DNA of 64,000 bases from Podarcis liolepis (lineage: Eukaryota). The stretch is from the NCBI GenBank assembly GCA_965112155.1, contig OZ218103.1. One strand, given 5' to 3'. Under the pieces are notes generated by a model, which saw only the letters and a program-made list of their open reading frames with translations, was not told the DNA's origin and ran no database searches. The translations under genes and the position numbers were made by a program. Within the stretch, counting starts at the first letter, position 1; the number at the start of each line of letters is the position of its first letter. Below, in pieces: positions 62,585 through 64,000 of the stretch.

Positions 62585-64000
62585 GTTTGCTTTAGTTAGG
62601 GGCTCCCCTGCCTTATATGCTTCTGGATGCAACCTCACAACTCGCATCTTCTTTCTGCCAGCTCTCAGAAAACAGCGCCCCCCTCTCCATCTAGTCAAAT
62701 CGACCCTTTCTGTCTGCCCCAAGCCACACACCTGTCTGTTCTGCTCAGAGGGCTCTTCAGCTTACCCATAACTCCTTTCCTTCTCGCTCAATGCGCCTAA
62801 CCAAGGCTGTAGCCCAAGCTATGTTTCCTCAGGAGTTAACTCCACAGACTACGACAGGGTAAGTGAGGTTAGGATTGTAGGCAAAGGCTGCGATCCTAAG
62901 GTTTTATGGCAAGTGGTAGAAACAGGTCTGCACAGAGGTAAATCCTGTGAGTTCGGTGGCACTTACTCTCTAGTAACTCTGTACATGATTGCAGCCCCTC
63001 TCTGTGTTCTAATTATCAAAACCACACACACACACTTTATATATCTACATATCTCTAGATATAGATCTATCTCAAAATCCTAGCTTGCAGTTTATGAAGA
63101 TTTTCAGTGTATGTCTGTTATTGATTCCTACATCAAAAAGGCTAACCCGTATTGGCTAAATTGTACATTTCATTATGATAATCCTCACTGAATTGTGAAA
63201 GTCCAGCAGAAGCACCTGTTGCTTATTTATGAGGCAAGAGGATGACATCGCCTCCTTTTTGATCATTTAGCCTTACCGCTTTGCATTTTGAGGGCCAAAC
63301 AAGACAATCCTGTCTCTTGTTTTTCCGCAGAGCAGCTGCAGGTGTGTGATCATGATAAGGACTTTGGCTTGTGGGGAGGACTTTGTACCACAGCCCCTGT
63401 GAAAATTGCTCTCCTCCACCTTCCTTCAAAGCCGTTGTGCTTTGTTGGATGGTTGGCACCAGTGGCAGCTTCCCTTCCGGGGCAAAGAGCGGTTCTAGAG
63501 GGAGAGATTTTAATTGGGACGGTAATATCGGGGGTGAGGTTAACCCCAGTCCTAACCAGGCACACACTGCTGCTAGTTTGAAACGCAAGAGACACGTGCA
63601 TTTCAGTGTGAAATTAACAGACCTAACCTACTCTGAAAAGGACTAACTTTGGATACAACCTTCAATGTATCATTTAGCCTGACCACACTAAAACTTAGCG
63701 TGGAACCTGACGCTGGGTGAATGCAGGGGGAAAGGGGAATTGGCAAAAATTGCTTTGATCCCCTTCCATCAGTGAAAGTCATTTCTATGCTTGGAAGGAG
63801 CTCTTTCATTAACCAAAGGCCAGCTCAGGATCCAAGCCAAAGTCTTCAGAAGTAGGCCTATGTCTTGCTTTCCCAGAAAGCCAACCTAAGGTGGCTTGTA
63901 CACCTATGGAATTGATAGTGTTTGTTCACTTTGTTATCATAGAGAATCTAGATAGCATCTTTGCATTCTAGTGTTTTCCCTAGTCTATCTTTAAAAACAA

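Noticed and set aside
62040-63240. ATF4/C-EBP amino-acid-response-like motifs near CTH (ATTGCACCA at 62040, TGAGGCAAG at about 63230)
   Set aside because: Each has a mismatch in the TGATGCAA core; expected by chance and not supportable without ChIP data
62357-64000. CTH exon 2 (expected G[FY]EYSRSGNPTR...)
   Set aside because: I did not find it in any plus-strand frame; it probably lies beyond the window

Overview
Eukaryotic vertebrate genomic DNA, very likely a lacertid lizard. The inference rests on Sauria-type SINEs, a Bov-B tail, L2/CR1 LINE fragments and Tc1/hAT MITEs. The window holds a gene block with the same order as human 1p31: the 5' part of LRRC40 (minus strand, coding exons 1-4), a complete SRSF11 (plus, 12 coding exons, 1374 nt, about 457 aa), a complete ANKRD13C (minus, 13 coding exons, 1554 nt, 517 aa) and exon 1 of CTH (plus). 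All exon boundaries were read by hand; they are GT-AG and phase-consistent. There are CpG-island promoters at about 2.6-3.3, 4.2-5.2, 55.0-56.2 and 61.6-62.4 kb, and two assembly N-gaps in SRSF11 intron 2. Most other ORF-track entries are spurious or repeat-derived. I found no clearly new gene system. The best leads are three. (1) A cluster of cryptic exons in SRSF11 intron 2: stop-containing poison-exon candidates plus an in-frame 18-nt microexon with a UGC motif at the SRRM4-typical position. (2) A CpG-rich nested hairpin inside ANKRD13C intron 10. (3) uORFs and a possible alternative last exon of ANKRD13C.
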